Assembly (NCBI GenBank): GCA_963666625.1
Contig: OY762925.1
Location: 2,373,792 to 2,437,791, forward strand
Direction of reading: 5' to 3'
DNA from: Arenicellales bacterium
GTDB lineage: Bacteria; Pseudomonadota; Gammaproteobacteria; Arenicellales; JAJDZL01
DNA length: 64,000 nucleotides
In this document: positions 35,350 to 44,986 of the stretch, one piece after another
Layout: every line of letters begins with the position of its first letter
How positions within the stretch are numbered: the stretch's first letter is position 1
Made by a program: the position numbers and the translations under genes
The notes under the pieces: generated by a model
Seen by the model: the letters and a program-made list of their open reading frames with translations, nothing else
Told to the model about the DNA's origin: nothing
Database searches by the model: none

Positions 35350-36219
35350 CTAGCCCCAGGGTTTCCCCATCAGGCCTTGAGGACGGATGGCCAGAAATAC
35401 CATCAGTGATGCGAATATGACCAGATAGGTGATGTCCCCATATTGTGACAGGACAGAAAGACCTACAGATTCCAGCATACCCAAAATAAAACCTCCGGCA
35501 ATGGCTCCCGAGATGACACCGGCGCCCCCAATCATGACCATCATGAATGCTTTGATTGAAGTCGGCCCACCCATACCGAGGTTGACACCTGTAATGGCTA
35601 CCAGAAGCCCACCGACGATACCTGCAAGCATCGCGCCTATGGCGAATCCGATCATGGAATACCGGTCGACGTCGACCCCCATGAGTTGAGCTGCAACCCG
35701 ATCCTGAGCCAATGCGCGCAGTGCTCGTCCAGTTCGGGAATAATGCATGAAGGCGATAAATCCAGCGATGAATACGATCGCGAGCACACAAACCAGAATC
35801 CGATCATATGGCATGATGATCCGAAAGTCCCAATTGAAAACGCCATCGATGATTTTCGGTACGCCGCGTTGCTTTTCACCGAATACCAGAAGTATGACTG
35901 CATCCAGAAAAAACGCGATACCGGCTGCGAGCAGCATGGAACTTTCTTCTCGGACGGATTTGCGAAGTACGGGACGAAACAGGAATTTTTCGATGAATCC
36001 CCCGATGATCGCAAGTACTGCCGCAGATATAAAGAGTCCCACCACGAACGGCAGTTGGAACTGGGCAACCACGGTATATGTGACGAATCCGCCAATAACA
36101 TACATCTGTCCGTGTGCGAAATTGAGTACATTCATCAGGGCAAAAATCAATGTCAGCCCAAGCGCAATCAATGCGTATTGCGCACCCAGATAAATTCCGT
36201 TGATGATGATTTGTTCCAT
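35350..36219 (-). CDS. livH: Branched-chain amino acid ABC transporter permease (LivH-like)
   Basis: 289 aa. MEQIIINGIYLGAQYALIALGLTLIF...NFAHGQMYVIG is the typical LivH N-terminus. Confidence 0.85.
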   Translation of the reverse strand: MEQIIINGIYLGAQYALIALGLTLIFALMNVLNFAHGQMYVIGGFVTYTVVAQFQLPFVVGLFISAAVLAIIGGFIEKFLFRPVLRKSVREESSMLLAAGIAFFLDAVILLVFGEKQRGVPKIIDGVFNWDFRIIMPYDRILVCVLAIVFIAGFIAFMHYSRTGRALRALAQDRVAAQLMGVDVDRYSMIGFAIGAMLAGIVGGLLVAITGVNLGMGGPTSIKAFMMVMIGGAGVISGAIAGGFILGMLESVGLSVLSQYGDITYLVIFASLMVFLAIRPQGLMGKPWG

Positions 36220-36237
36220 CGCAGAATTATTGTTCTT

Positions 36238-36267
36238 GAAAAAGACCCGCGCTCATGCGCGGGTCTT
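36238..36267 (-). terminator. Intra-operon hairpin/attenuating terminator between the binding-protein and permease genes
   Basis: Perfect 11-bp palindrome arms AAGACCCGCGC / GCGCGGGTCTT (36242-36267, 4-nt loop). On the minus strand it is followed by TTTTTC. Confidence 0.65.
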
Positions 36268-36290
36268 GAATATTTATTGTTCGTATGTTG

Positions 36291-37490
36291 TCAGTCCACT
36301 TCGGCGATGAACAAAGTTTCAAATCCGCCATCCATGTATACATTCACGACGAGTGGGACTGCGATCTGGCGTCGCTGACCGAATGAGCTCATGCCGACAT
36401 AGCGAAGCTCAGCATCTCCTTTCATGTATGGATTCGGTGCGGAAAAGGTATCCATGGTTTTCTTGAATTCCTCAACATTGTCAATTGCCGCCGGATTCGC
36501 CTTCATAGTCGCCAGAATGTACTCGAGTGCGTATACTTTGGTATTTGACTCATCGTTGTACTCACCGAACATGTCAGTGTATACCTTTACGAACTCATTC
36601 ATCCTATCTGAAGCGATTTCCGGAGTTGAAGCGCCGCCAACCGAAATAAAGCCATTTGCAAGCTCACCGGCTCCTTCTGCAAGGATGGTGGCATCCTGTG
36701 CGGTTTCTGTCGAGATCAATCCCTCAAAACCCAGCTCACGCGCGGAACGAATTAGTTGCGGGGCGTTTGCGGGCGCAACACCGGACAGTACAAGCAAGTC
36801 CGGCTGAGTCTTGACAACCGGCAGTAATACCGGTGTGAAGTCTGTGGTATCCACCTGATAGGTCACGCTTGACGAGACGACTTCCAGTCCGAGGGCTTCT
36901 GCAGCGGCTACACCACCGTCACGTTGACTGAGTGGGTCGGATTCATTGGCTGCCACAAAAGCGACGGTCTGTACGCCTTTGTCGTCTTTGAGATACTTGT
37001 AGATCGCGGGTCCCGATTGATAGTTGGCGACCATGCCCAGCACCGCATTTGATGCAGGTGGGGAGTACAACTCTTTGGGGAACGCATAAGGAATATAAAT
37101 TATCCCCTGTTGCTCCGCGACCGGACGTACTGCGGCGGCTCCGTCGTCCACGTTCGGGCCAACCACATAGCTGATGCCTTCTTGAGCCATCTTCTCCATA
37201 CCGGCGATGGCGCGTTTCGGATCTTTCTGGTCATCGAACGTTACGATTTCAATCGTGTATGTCGTTCCGCCGATTTCGTATCCGCCTTCATCATTGATCA
37301 TGGCAGCGAGCGTTTGCATGGAGCGGACATTTGAGATGCCCCAAGCAGCGGCAGGCCCACTCGTGACGCCTACGAATCCTATTTTCAGAACAGGTTGCTG
37401 TGCGGAAACTGTAGAAACCGCTCCCACAATTGCGAATACAGCCGCCATCAAGATCGTAATCATGCGACTGGTGAATTTGTTTAATTTCAT
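36291..37490 (-). CDS. ABC transporter substrate-binding protein (LivK/Peripla_BP_6-like)
   Basis: 399 aa. Signal peptide (ITILMAAVFAIVGAVSTVSA), then ...LKIGFVGVTSGPAAAWG... as in type I periplasmic binding proteins. First gene of the liv-like operon. Confidence 0.85.
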   Translation of the reverse strand: MKLNKFTSRMITILMAAVFAIVGAVSTVSAQQPVLKIGFVGVTSGPAAAWGISNVRSMQTLAAMINDEGGYEIGGTTYTIEIVTFDDQKDPKRAIAGMEKMAQEGISYVVGPNVDDGAAAVRPVAEQQGIIYIPYAFPKELYSPPASNAVLGMVANYQSGPAIYKYLKDDKGVQTVAFVAANESDPLSQRDGGVAAAEALGLEVVSSSVTYQVDTTDFTPVLLPVVKTQPDLLVLSGVAPANAPQLIRSARELGFEGLISTETAQDATILAEGAGELANGFISVGGASTPEIASDRMNEFVKVYTDMFGEYNDESNTKVYALEYILATMKANPAAIDNVEEFKKTMDTFSAPNPYMKGDAELRYVGMSSFGQRRQIAVPLVVNVYMDGGFETLFIAEVD

Positions 37491-37929
37491 GAATAGTCCC
37501 TGTGAATATTATTTTGATAAATCAACACAATCCTGTGCATGTAACCGTATAGCCTCATCCGTGAGAAAAAATTGATTATAGCCAACATTTGAAATCATCA
37601 ACGATTCTCTTTTTGGCACTTCTCAGTTTGGCTCTGGTTTCAAAATTTCAGCAATCTGGTCGCTAACGAGGTTATAACGGTGGTAAATTGCGCGATGTCC
37701 GTACACTGTAAATTTGTACCGACACCGCCGGTGCGATACCATCAATGTTGAAATGCTTAAGTTTCAAGTAGGCCGATCGTTTTCAAATGCTAAACTGTCG
37801 CGAGTCAACAAACCGGAGTGTCTTTCAGTCTGCTCACCTTTATAATTACTGAATCAAAACAATCTAATATTCTCGCCGAATTTATTTCTGCCAATTCGGT
37901 GAAACTGTCAACGGAATTGGAGGTGAACT

Positions 37930-38334
37930 ATGTCTGACGAAACTACCGATCGAAGAAAAGAGGAGACTTTCGACCAGGCGACGATAGAAAGGAGACTCGC
38001 CGACGAATTGCCTCATTGGTATTACGAAAACGGCTGGATTCGTCGAAGATACCGAACGATGGGGTGGAAGGGAACTCTGATGGTGATAAACGCAGTTGGT
38101 CATCTCGCAGAAGCGGCTTGGCATCATCCTGATATCACTGCATCCTACGCATTTGTTGTCGTGAAATTGATGAATCACGCGGCGAAAGGAGTCACCGAAA
38201 AGGACTTTGAGCTTGCCAAAAAGATCGAGGAATTCGTCCACTGGCAGCCGGGACTCGAAGACGGTTCTCTTGAGGGAACACCCACCGATCAGCGATTTCG
38301 ATATATTCGCTACGACGTCGAGAGCGACGAATAG
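37930..38334 (+). CDS. 4a-hydroxytetrahydrobiopterin dehydratase (PCD/DCoH family)
   Basis: 134 aa. ...LPHWYYENGWIRRRY...INAVGHLAEAAWHHPDI...V.V.L.NH... is the PCD signature. SD GGAGGTG. Confidence 0.8.
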   Translation: MSDETTDRRKEETFDQATIERRLADELPHWYYENGWIRRRYRTMGWKGTLMVINAVGHLAEAAWHHPDITASYAFVVVKLMNHAAKGVTEKDFELAKKIEEFVHWQPGLEDGSLEGTPTDQRFRYIRYDVESDE

Positions 38335-38361
38335 ACCTCAGGCAGGATTATCCTGTTCATC

Positions 38362-39669
38362 ATGGCAAGGACGTCTGATGTCATACTCAGCTTGGGTTCC
38401 AACAAGGGTGACCGTAGAAACTCCCTGTATAAGGGGTTAGCACGCCTGCAGGATGTCGGTTATTCGATCAGTCGGATTTCTCCGATTGTAGAGTCTCCGG
38501 CACAACTTCCTCCAAATTCCCCATCGAAGTGGAATCGTCCCTACCTCAATCTTGTAGTCCAAGGCAGCACGTCGTTGGACATCGAATCATTCTCAAATCT
38601 GACGAAGAGGATTCAGTCAGAGATGGGTGCGAAAGATTCCCATAATCGATGGGCACCTCGTGATCTGGACATTGATATTGTGCTATGGGGTAATGAGGTG
38701 GTTCAATTCAACGGCACTACGTTACCCGACACCGAAGTGTATCTGAAGCCCTATGTTCTTTCGCCAATGGTTCACATGAAACCCGATTTTCGATTTCCGG
38801 GGATAAACTCCAGAACAGTACTTGAGTTGAGCCGCTCAAATACAGAAATATTTCATATCCCACTATGGATGGGAATTCTGAACGTAACTCCGGATTCTTT
38901 CTCGGATGGAGGTGTTCACTTTGATCTGGATGAAGTGGAGAGTGCTGTCAAAGGCATGATTGAGGACGGTGTCAACATTATTGACATCGGCGCAGAATCA
39001 ACACGTCCGAACGCGACACCTTTGTCTCACGAAGAGGAATGGCACCGGCTGTCGCCTGCTTTGGAATTGGTGCGGAATGCATGTGAGCCTTGTCTGTTCC
39101 CGCCACAGATCAGTATCGATACATACCATCCTGAAACGGCGCTCAAAGCAGTAGAAAGTGGTGTCGATATCATCAACGATGTCGGTGGGCTTGGCGTCGG
39201 CGAAATGATTGAATTGGCACATTCCAGCGACTGTACCTTTGTGGCAATGCACAGTGTTACGGTTCCCGTTGATCCGTCAGTGAGCATTGATCCGGAATCG
39301 GATGCCTGCGATGTCTTTGAAACCTGGTTGGAGGAACGACAGGGAATTTGGGAGAAGGGCGGCCTCGATTTGAGCAGAATCATCATTGATCCTGGAATCG
39401 GATTCGGGAAGAGCAGTCTGCAGTCACTGCAATTGATGCGTTCCGTGAAGCGACTGCAAAACTACGGGTATAGATTGTTGATTGGTCATTCTCGCAAGAG
39501 TTTCCTCAAGACGTTTGCAAATCAGGAAAGTTCCGAATTGGATCCTGAGACGGTTGGTGCATCAATTCAGCTGTGCTCGCAGTCAGTAGATATCTTGCGG
39601 GTGCATAATGTCAACGCCCACATTCGTGCGTACCTTAGCTGGGCACACTTGTTGGACAACACCGCGTAG
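38362..39669 (+). CDS. Bifunctional HPPK (folK-like) / dihydropteroate synthase (folP-like) fusion protein
   Basis: 435 aa. N-terminal HPPK motifs (VILSLGSNKGDR, PRDLDIDIVLW). C-terminal pterin-binding domain (WMGILNVTPDSFSDGG, IIDIGAESTRP, DPGIGFGK). Confidence 0.85.
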   Translation: MARTSDVILSLGSNKGDRRNSLYKGLARLQDVGYSISRISPIVESPAQLPPNSPSKWNRPYLNLVVQGSTSLDIESFSNLTKRIQSEMGAKDSHNRWAPRDLDIDIVLWGNEVVQFNGTTLPDTEVYLKPYVLSPMVHMKPDFRFPGINSRTVLELSRSNTEIFHIPLWMGILNVTPDSFSDGGVHFDLDEVESAVKGMIEDGVNIIDIGAESTRPNATPLSHEEEWHRLSPALELVRNACEPCLFPPQISIDTYHPETALKAVESGVDIINDVGGLGVGEMIELAHSSDCTFVAMHSVTVPVDPSVSIDPESDACDVFETWLEERQGIWEKGGLDLSRIIIDPGIGFGKSSLQSLQLMRSVKRLQNYGYRLLIGHSRKSFLKTFANQESSELDPETVGASIQLCSQSVDILRVHNVNAHIRAYLSWAHLLDNTA

Positions 39670-39695
39670 ATGAAGACCGACGACAGAACTCGCGG

Positions 39696-40256
39696 TCAGT
39701 CAGATTGTTTCCGAAATTTTTCGATCGCATCCACCAGCCACTGCCAGGCTTCCCGCTCTTTCACACCCGCGGTTTTCTCGACAGCTATCGAAAGATAATC
39801 CATCTCGGAATCTATCTTATCCGTCGGAAGCATATTTAGGCGGCTGACAAGAACAGCGGCTTCGATTATCGCCGCCTGCGCGCGGTTAAAACCGCGAAAT
39901 GCACGTGTGACAGCATTGTGCACTTCGATCATGTAGATTCGCGGGCGTAGCTCATCGTCGGCTTTTTTGACAACTCTGAGTTCACTATGTGAAATAGCGG
40001 CATCAAGGACATATCCATTGACCATTGTCGCCGGGTAGACCGGCCAGTCATCTCTGCCGGTCACGCATCCTGCGAACAACCGCACATCGTCTGTAATGTT
40101 CACAACAGCCACACCGGTCGATTCGATATTGGTCAGTGTCTGCGAGGGTTTGAATGGCGCGATCACGGTGAATCCATCCTCAAACCGTATCCCCATCGGC
40201 GCAATGTGGGCTTCGTCCTGTTCATTGACGGTCGTCACGACAACTTCATAAATCAT
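39696..40256 (-). CDS. DUF447-family protein (H4MPT-biosynthesis-associated, flavin-reductase-like fold)
   Basis: 186 aa. MIYEVVVTT...EAHIAPMGI...F.VIAPFKPSQT..NI resembles DUF447 proteins found in methanopterin gene clusters. Overlaps the upstream gene by 4 nt. Confidence 0.6.
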   Translation of the reverse strand: MIYEVVVTTVNEQDEAHIAPMGIRFEDGFTVIAPFKPSQTLTNIESTGVAVVNITDDVRLFAGCVTGRDDWPVYPATMVNGYVLDAAISHSELRVVKKADDELRPRIYMIEVHNAVTRAFRGFNRAQAAIIEAAVLVSRLNMLPTDKIDSEMDYLSIAVEKTAGVKEREAWQWLVDAIEKFRKQSD

Positions 40257-41653
40257 GATGTATCCATATCCTTGTTCGATCGCAGTGTTGAGCGAGGTAA
40301 CTGGTATTCATCATCGACGTCGTCGTCAGCGACCAGACAACCCCAGTTCAATGCCCGATCCTGAATATAACGTTTCCCCAATTGCCAGGCAATTTGCGCC
40401 TTGGTGAGTTCCGCACCGAGGTAGAACGCATGTGATCCATCGTTTTCCACCTTCAGGTGGGGGAACAACTCATAAGGGTCAGTGGATTGCAAAATTCCGT
40501 CTCGGTTAAAGATGTGGATACCCTCATCGCTGACCTGAATACGAAAGCTGGGGTCCTTTATCATCTGCGACAGTTCGAGAATTTCTTCGACCGATACCGG
40601 GAAAGGCTTCTTCTCATGCAGCGCGAGCAAACCTTCGCCGTAATTCTGGGGCAGACTCGAATCCTGTCTGGCAGCGTACATGATCCGACGTGCCAAGTCG
40701 GCTTCGCTGACTGCGGTTCGGGCATGTCCGCTCACCTCGGTAGTCAGTATTGCATTTGCTTCCAATTCAGAAGCGATACCCAGCAGTACGGCAGTTATAC
40801 CGATGGTATCCGCTTCAGTCAGCTCTGTTATGTTCCCGGTTCCGATCATAATCGGAACCTCAGGATATCGCTGACGTAACTCGTAATATTGAACAATTGA
40901 TCGGGTAAAACCGAAGTGAATCGGATTCAAGATCGAATCAGCAAGAAAATCCTTTCCTTTCTCACCAAGTGCATCGATTGATCGATAAAGTGATTGAATA
41001 CCTGCCTCACCATCGGGGATCAATACAGGGATACTATCAACCTCGTCGGCAATCCACAGCGAATTTTCTGATAGACTCAGCAGGTAGTCTGCACCAGCCT
41101 TTCCACCGCGCACGAGCTCCTGATCACAAAGTGAATCGACACTGACTTTGAATCCGGCGCGCTTGAGCTCCGCTACAGTTTCCTCCAGGTGCGGAAATTC
41201 CCGCCCAGGCAGACATCCGAGATCAATTACATCCGCGCCCGAGTCTTGATATTTCTTCGCTGCTTCGACAATTTGATCGATTGTCATATTGGGTGCGTCG
41301 ACAATTTCAGCGAAAATCGAAACAGAATAATCAACGAGTTTCGCGCTGCGCGAAGGTGCTCCAAAATACTCGGGTAAATCCTTCAGGTCTTTTGGTCCCT
41401 TGATGACATTCACGCCGTAGTGATCCGATAGGCTTTCAATGTTTCCGGCACATAGACCGGGCAACATGATCGTGTCAAAAGATTCAACATCGCTCAATCG
41501 TCGCTTCAGTATGCCTTCGGAAATCAGTGCCGCTACGCTGACACCCAGGGGTCGAATCTCGTAGGAGAACGCCGGAGAGCTGATGCTGTCAATCGTGCGC
41601 TGCAGACTGGTATGCGCCAGTTTACCCGTTACGAATAGGATTCGTTCAGGCAT
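40253..41653 (-). CDS. Dihydropteroate-synthase-like (pterin-binding) protein of the H4MPT biosynthesis type
   Basis: 466 aa. N-terminal MPERILFVTGKLA... domain plus a pterin-binding-like barrel (GADVIDLGCLPG...). This architecture is seen in methanopterin clusters of methylotrophs and archaea. Confidence 0.7.
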   Translation of the reverse strand: MPERILFVTGKLAHTSLQRTIDSISSPAFSYEIRPLGVSVAALISEGILKRRLSDVESFDTIMLPGLCAGNIESLSDHYGVNVIKGPKDLKDLPEYFGAPSRSAKLVDYSVSIFAEIVDAPNMTIDQIVEAAKKYQDSGADVIDLGCLPGREFPHLEETVAELKRAGFKVSVDSLCDQELVRGGKAGADYLLSLSENSLWIADEVDSIPVLIPDGEAGIQSLYRSIDALGEKGKDFLADSILNPIHFGFTRSIVQYYELRQRYPEVPIMIGTGNITELTEADTIGITAVLLGIASELEANAILTTEVSGHARTAVSEADLARRIMYAARQDSSLPQNYGEGLLALHEKKPFPVSVEEILELSQMIKDPSFRIQVSDEGIHIFNRDGILQSTDPYELFPHLKVENDGSHAFYLGAELTKAQIAWQLGKRYIQDRALNWGCLVADDDVDDEYQLPRSTLRSNKDMDTS

Positions 41654-42204
41654 TCCACCCTATGCAACACAGCATGCTGCAACTCATTTATGTCAGTTGT
41701 CGAAGTGGTGTTTTCGAATTCACCGATTTTCCTGGCGCATTCAAGATCAATTTCACGGGGGTAGACTGTCACCATTTTTCCAGGCGCAGGTGTGATCACG
41801 ACCGGTTCAGTATCGCAAGCGTAGACGATTATCGGAATTCGGCATTTTCCGGCCTGCGCGAAAACATTTGTCACCAAAGTGTCAGAAATGCCGGCTACAC
41901 ACTTCGCCACCGTGTTGGATGTTGCAGGGGCTATAACGAGGGTATGGTAGTTTCCCTCGTAGAACTGACCCACCGGCACCGCACTGGCGGTTGAGTCATG
42001 GAACATACGGATTTGGGCACTGCGGAGTCGATCGATGTATTTGTACATCACCAGCACCTCTTCCACTGCCTTGCTCAAGAAAACATCCACATCCCTCAAC
42101 TCGATCAGAAAATCAAGGCACTCGTTAAGATCATGGCCCGAGCCGGTCAATGCCCAGGCAAATCTCGCAGTTTCGTATCGACGGGGCATTTCTGTATCTA
42201 CCAA
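41629..42204 (-). CDS. Flavoprotein (archaeoflavoprotein AfpA-like), H4MPT-cluster associated
   Basis: 191 aa. FAWALTGSGH... and ...LVIAPATSNTVAKCVAGISDTLVTN... are typical of the flavoprotein (CoaC-like fold) family. First gene of the minus-strand pterin operon. Confidence 0.6.
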   Translation of the reverse strand: MVDTEMPRRYETARFAWALTGSGHDLNECLDFLIELRDVDVFLSKAVEEVLVMYKYIDRLRSAQIRMFHDSTASAVPVGQFYEGNYHTLVIAPATSNTVAKCVAGISDTLVTNVFAQAGKCRIPIIVYACDTEPVVITPAPGKMVTVYPREIDLECARKIGEFENTTSTTDINELQHAVLHRVECLNESYS

Positions 42205-42237
42205 CCTGATTTCAGGCAGAATGCGCTGATGTGCGAT

Positions 42238-43623
42238 TCACCGCTCACGCCAACTGATTTCTCTCCCGATCATCCTGATTTTCTCCTTGATGATTTCTCT
42301 GGAATAGAAGTCGTTTACCCTTTTCTCGGCACTTTTCAAGGCACCCATTGCCGATTTCAAGTCTCCCAGACGAAAAAGGTGTTCGACTTTGGCGAGGTAA
42401 CCCGTCAGTAAGTCATCAGATTTCAATGCTGCTTCGGATTGCAATAGGTACAACTGCAGACTATCAGGATATCTTTGAATGTGCTTTCTGATGTAACGGT
42501 TCGCTTCTTGAAGATTATCCGTTCGGATCAAAGACCGCGTATACAGCTCGACGACAGCAATACCAGGTTCCGCTCCGAGTGCTGTTTCACTGAGCAGCGA
42601 CTTTGCGGTTTCAAATTCATGGGCATTCAGCTCGATTTCGGCTGCCGCTGTCAAAAACCATATATTGTCTGGCAGTCGGCTTCGGAAGGCATGAAGATGG
42701 TTGCGGGCAGATTCGACATCTCCATCCTTGGCCAGTGAGAGTACATAGCCGTATTGGGCAGCGGCTTGTTCAGTATCGCTGCCAGCCGTTAGTTTTTCCT
42801 TGAAAAATTTGTAGGTTTTATCCGGTTCCCAATGGAACAGAACCCGAACCCGAGCCCTGATGAAATGAAAATCTTCTGAAATTTGCGGCTTGGGAATATC
42901 TTTATATTGTTTGACTCTCGCCTCAAAATTTGCAATTCTTTCTGGAGTGATTGGGTGGGTGTTGTGGATATTACTTTGAATGCCGCCCTGTTCTCGAATT
43001 TCCTGCTCCAATGCAATCATGAAATCTCTTGCATCAAGCGGGCTGTATCCGGACGCGGTCAGAATTTGAAGACCCACGGCATCCGCCTCGCGTTCGTAAC
43101 TCAAGGTGTAGTCGATCATAGACTCTACTTGTGCTGCCTGCGCACCCGCAGCAACGGCAATCCCTTCCTCACCACCCGCTGCGATACCTGCCAGAATGAG
43201 CAAAACAGATGGCAAAAGGGTGGATTGGTAGTTTTCAGTCAATCTCGACAAGTGGTTCTGTTTGTGGTGCGCAAGTTCGTGTGCGATTACCGACGCCAAT
43301 TGTCCTTCGTTGCCGGCTGCCTCAATGATGCCGGTATTGATGAAAAAAGTGGCCCCCGGTCCAGCAAAAGCGTTGATCGACGGGTCGACGGCAACATGGT
43401 AGCTCAAAGGGTCGGAGTCCATGCTTGCGTTTTTTGCGAGTTTTTTCGCCAGATCAAACACATAGGTGTTGATCTGCGTGTCTTTGGATAGATCAACGGA
43501 CTCTCGGATCAGATGCAGAAAGTGCCTGCTCTCGCGTTCGAGTTGTTTGGACTTGAACAGATTCTTGGATTGCGCCTCTGTCTGTTCGACAGTACAAGGA
43601 GCGAACCAAAAAAAGACACCCAC
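42238..43623 (-). CDS. M48-family zinc metallopeptidase with TPR domain (BepA/YfgC-like)
   Basis: 461 aa. HELAHHKQNH (HExxH) and a C-terminal TPR-like region. The track start is a GTG, and the in-frame upstream codons encode the rest of a signal peptide (see findings), so the true start is uncertain. Confidence 0.8.
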   Translation of the reverse strand: MGVFFWFAPCTVEQTEAQSKNLFKSKQLERESRHFLHLIRESVDLSKDTQINTYVFDLAKKLAKNASMDSDPLSYHVAVDPSINAFAGPGATFFINTGIIEAAGNEGQLASVIAHELAHHKQNHLSRLTENYQSTLLPSVLLILAGIAAGGEEGIAVAAGAQAAQVESMIDYTLSYEREADAVGLQILTASGYSPLDARDFMIALEQEIREQGGIQSNIHNTHPITPERIANFEARVKQYKDIPKPQISEDFHFIRARVRVLFHWEPDKTYKFFKEKLTAGSDTEQAAAQYGYVLSLAKDGDVESARNHLHAFRSRLPDNIWFLTAAAEIELNAHEFETAKSLLSETALGAEPGIAVVELYTRSLIRTDNLQEANRYIRKHIQRYPDSLQLYLLQSEAALKSDDLLTGYLAKVEHLFRLGDLKSAMGALKSAEKRVNDFYSREIIKEKIRMIGREISWRER

Positions 43624-43857
43624 CAGGGAAAGCAGGATGGTCAGTTTAGTTGAATTGATCTTGATTGGAGAGTCTCCGGAATGAATTTGGGTATGCTGAT
43701 CGACGCAGGTCGCAAATTACTGAATTTGGCGGTATCAGCTAAATTTTATCAGTATCGAAATTTACAATTTTCTAATTCGGTACAATGAATCTGATCGGAT
43801 TGATCGTTACACCGCATTGGCGCAAGAAGTCTGTCTTAGTTATCCGCAATTGAAATT

Positions 43858-44250
43858 ATGAAGTTCAATATTCTTGTCAGCGAAGGGCCTTATACACATC
43901 AGGCATCCGATTCTGCGTATCAGTTTGCAAAAGCGGCGGTCAATGCAGGACACGAAGTGATACGCGTATTCTTCTACCATGATGGTGTCTACAACGCGAA
44001 TCGGTTGAGCGCACCCGCTGTCGATGACCGTGATGTTGTGAATCAATGGGTGCGTTTAGCTGACGAATACGAAATAGATCTTGCAGTATGCGTCACCGCG
44101 TCGCTTAAGCGTGGTATTTTGAGTGATCAGTCGGCACTGCGATACGGCAAGAATGTGGACAATATCGAAAAGAAATTTCAGGTTGCTGGAGTCGGTTACT
44201 TTATCGAAGGCAGCATCATTGCTGATCGCACGATCGTATTTGGTGACTGA
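43858..44250 (+). CDS. dsrE: DsrE/TusD-family sulfurtransferase subunit
   Basis: 130 aa. MKFNILVSEGPY...VFFYHDGVYNAN...LAVCVTASLKRG (active-site Cys) is collinear with DsrE/TusD. Confidence 0.85.
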   Translation: MKFNILVSEGPYTHQASDSAYQFAKAAVNAGHEVIRVFFYHDGVYNANRLSAPAVDDRDVVNQWVRLADEYEIDLAVCVTASLKRGILSDQSALRYGKNVDNIEKKFQVAGVGYFIEGSIIADRTIVFGD

Positions 44251-44268
44251 AAAGTCGGGTGATTGTTC

Positions 44269-44661
44269 ATGGATCCTTTAAAAAAACGCATCATGTACGT
44301 CAATCGCCGCGCGCCTTACGGTACTGCGTACGCGCTTGAGGCACTCGATGTCGTGTTGGCTGGTGCGGTGTTTGAGCAGGATGTCAGTGTTGTGTTTCTT
44401 GATGACGGCGTGTATCAACTAAAGCGCGGTCAGAATCCTTCAGTTTTGAATATGAAAGACTTTTCCAAGACCTTTGGTGCATTGCCAGATTTCGATGTCA
44501 TGCATCTTTATGTTGAAGAGGAGTCCCTGGTGCAGCGGGGCTTGACAGCCGAGGACCTGATTGATGTTCCTCGCGAAGATGAAATTGATGCAGTGACCTT
44601 GATTTTGTCAACCGACCTGTCCGATTTAATGGACCGGCAAGATGTAATCCTGCAGTTTTAG
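44269..44661 (+). CDS. dsrF: DsrF/TusC-family sulfurtransferase subunit
   Basis: ATG at 44269 (the track starts at a TTG at 44263). ...IMYVNRRAPYGTAYALEALDVVLAGAVFEQDVSVVFLDDGVYQL is typical DsrF/TusC. Confidence 0.8.
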   Translation: MDPLKKRIMYVNRRAPYGTAYALEALDVVLAGAVFEQDVSVVFLDDGVYQLKRGQNPSVLNMKDFSKTFGALPDFDVMHLYVEEESLVQRGLTAEDLIDVPREDEIDAVTLILSTDLSDLMDRQDVILQF

Positions 44662-44670
44662 CGACTTTCG

Positions 44671-44973
44671 ATGCTTCATACGATCAACAAATCACCATCG
44701 GAAAAATCGACTCTTATGAGTTGTCTCCGTCTCGCCACCGAAAACAGCGATATCATTCTGATTGAGGATGCGGTCTACGCAGCGATGACTGGCACTCATA
44801 CCGAGTTTTTGGTTCAAAGTGCATTGGCAAGGTACCGGATCTATGTGCTCGAACCGGATCTCGAATGTCGCGGACTGCAAAAGTCAAAGTTGATCAGTGG
44901 TATTCAGACTGTTGGTTACGATGGGTTCGTAGAACTGTCGGTGAAAAATAGCGCAGTACACTCCTGGCTCTGA
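44671..44973 (+). CDS. dsrH: DsrH/TusB-family sulfurtransferase subunit
   Basis: 100 aa. MLHTINKSP...C...ILIEDAVYAA is typical DsrH/TusB. Third gene of the E-F-H trio. Confidence 0.8.
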   Translation: MLHTINKSPSEKSTLMSCLRLATENSDIILIEDAVYAAMTGTHTEFLVQSALARYRIYVLEPDLECRGLQKSKLISGIQTVGYDGFVELSVKNSAVHSWL

Positions 44974-44986
44974 ACGGACTGTCAGC

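Noticed and set aside
34973-36378. Several long ORFs (272 aa minus, 230 aa plus, 159 aa minus, 148 aa plus) across the livH/livM region
   Set aside because: They lie out of frame or antisense to the two permease genes. Their translations are Arg/Cys/His-rich and non-membrane-like, while the chosen frames give typical polytopic LivH/LivM sequences.
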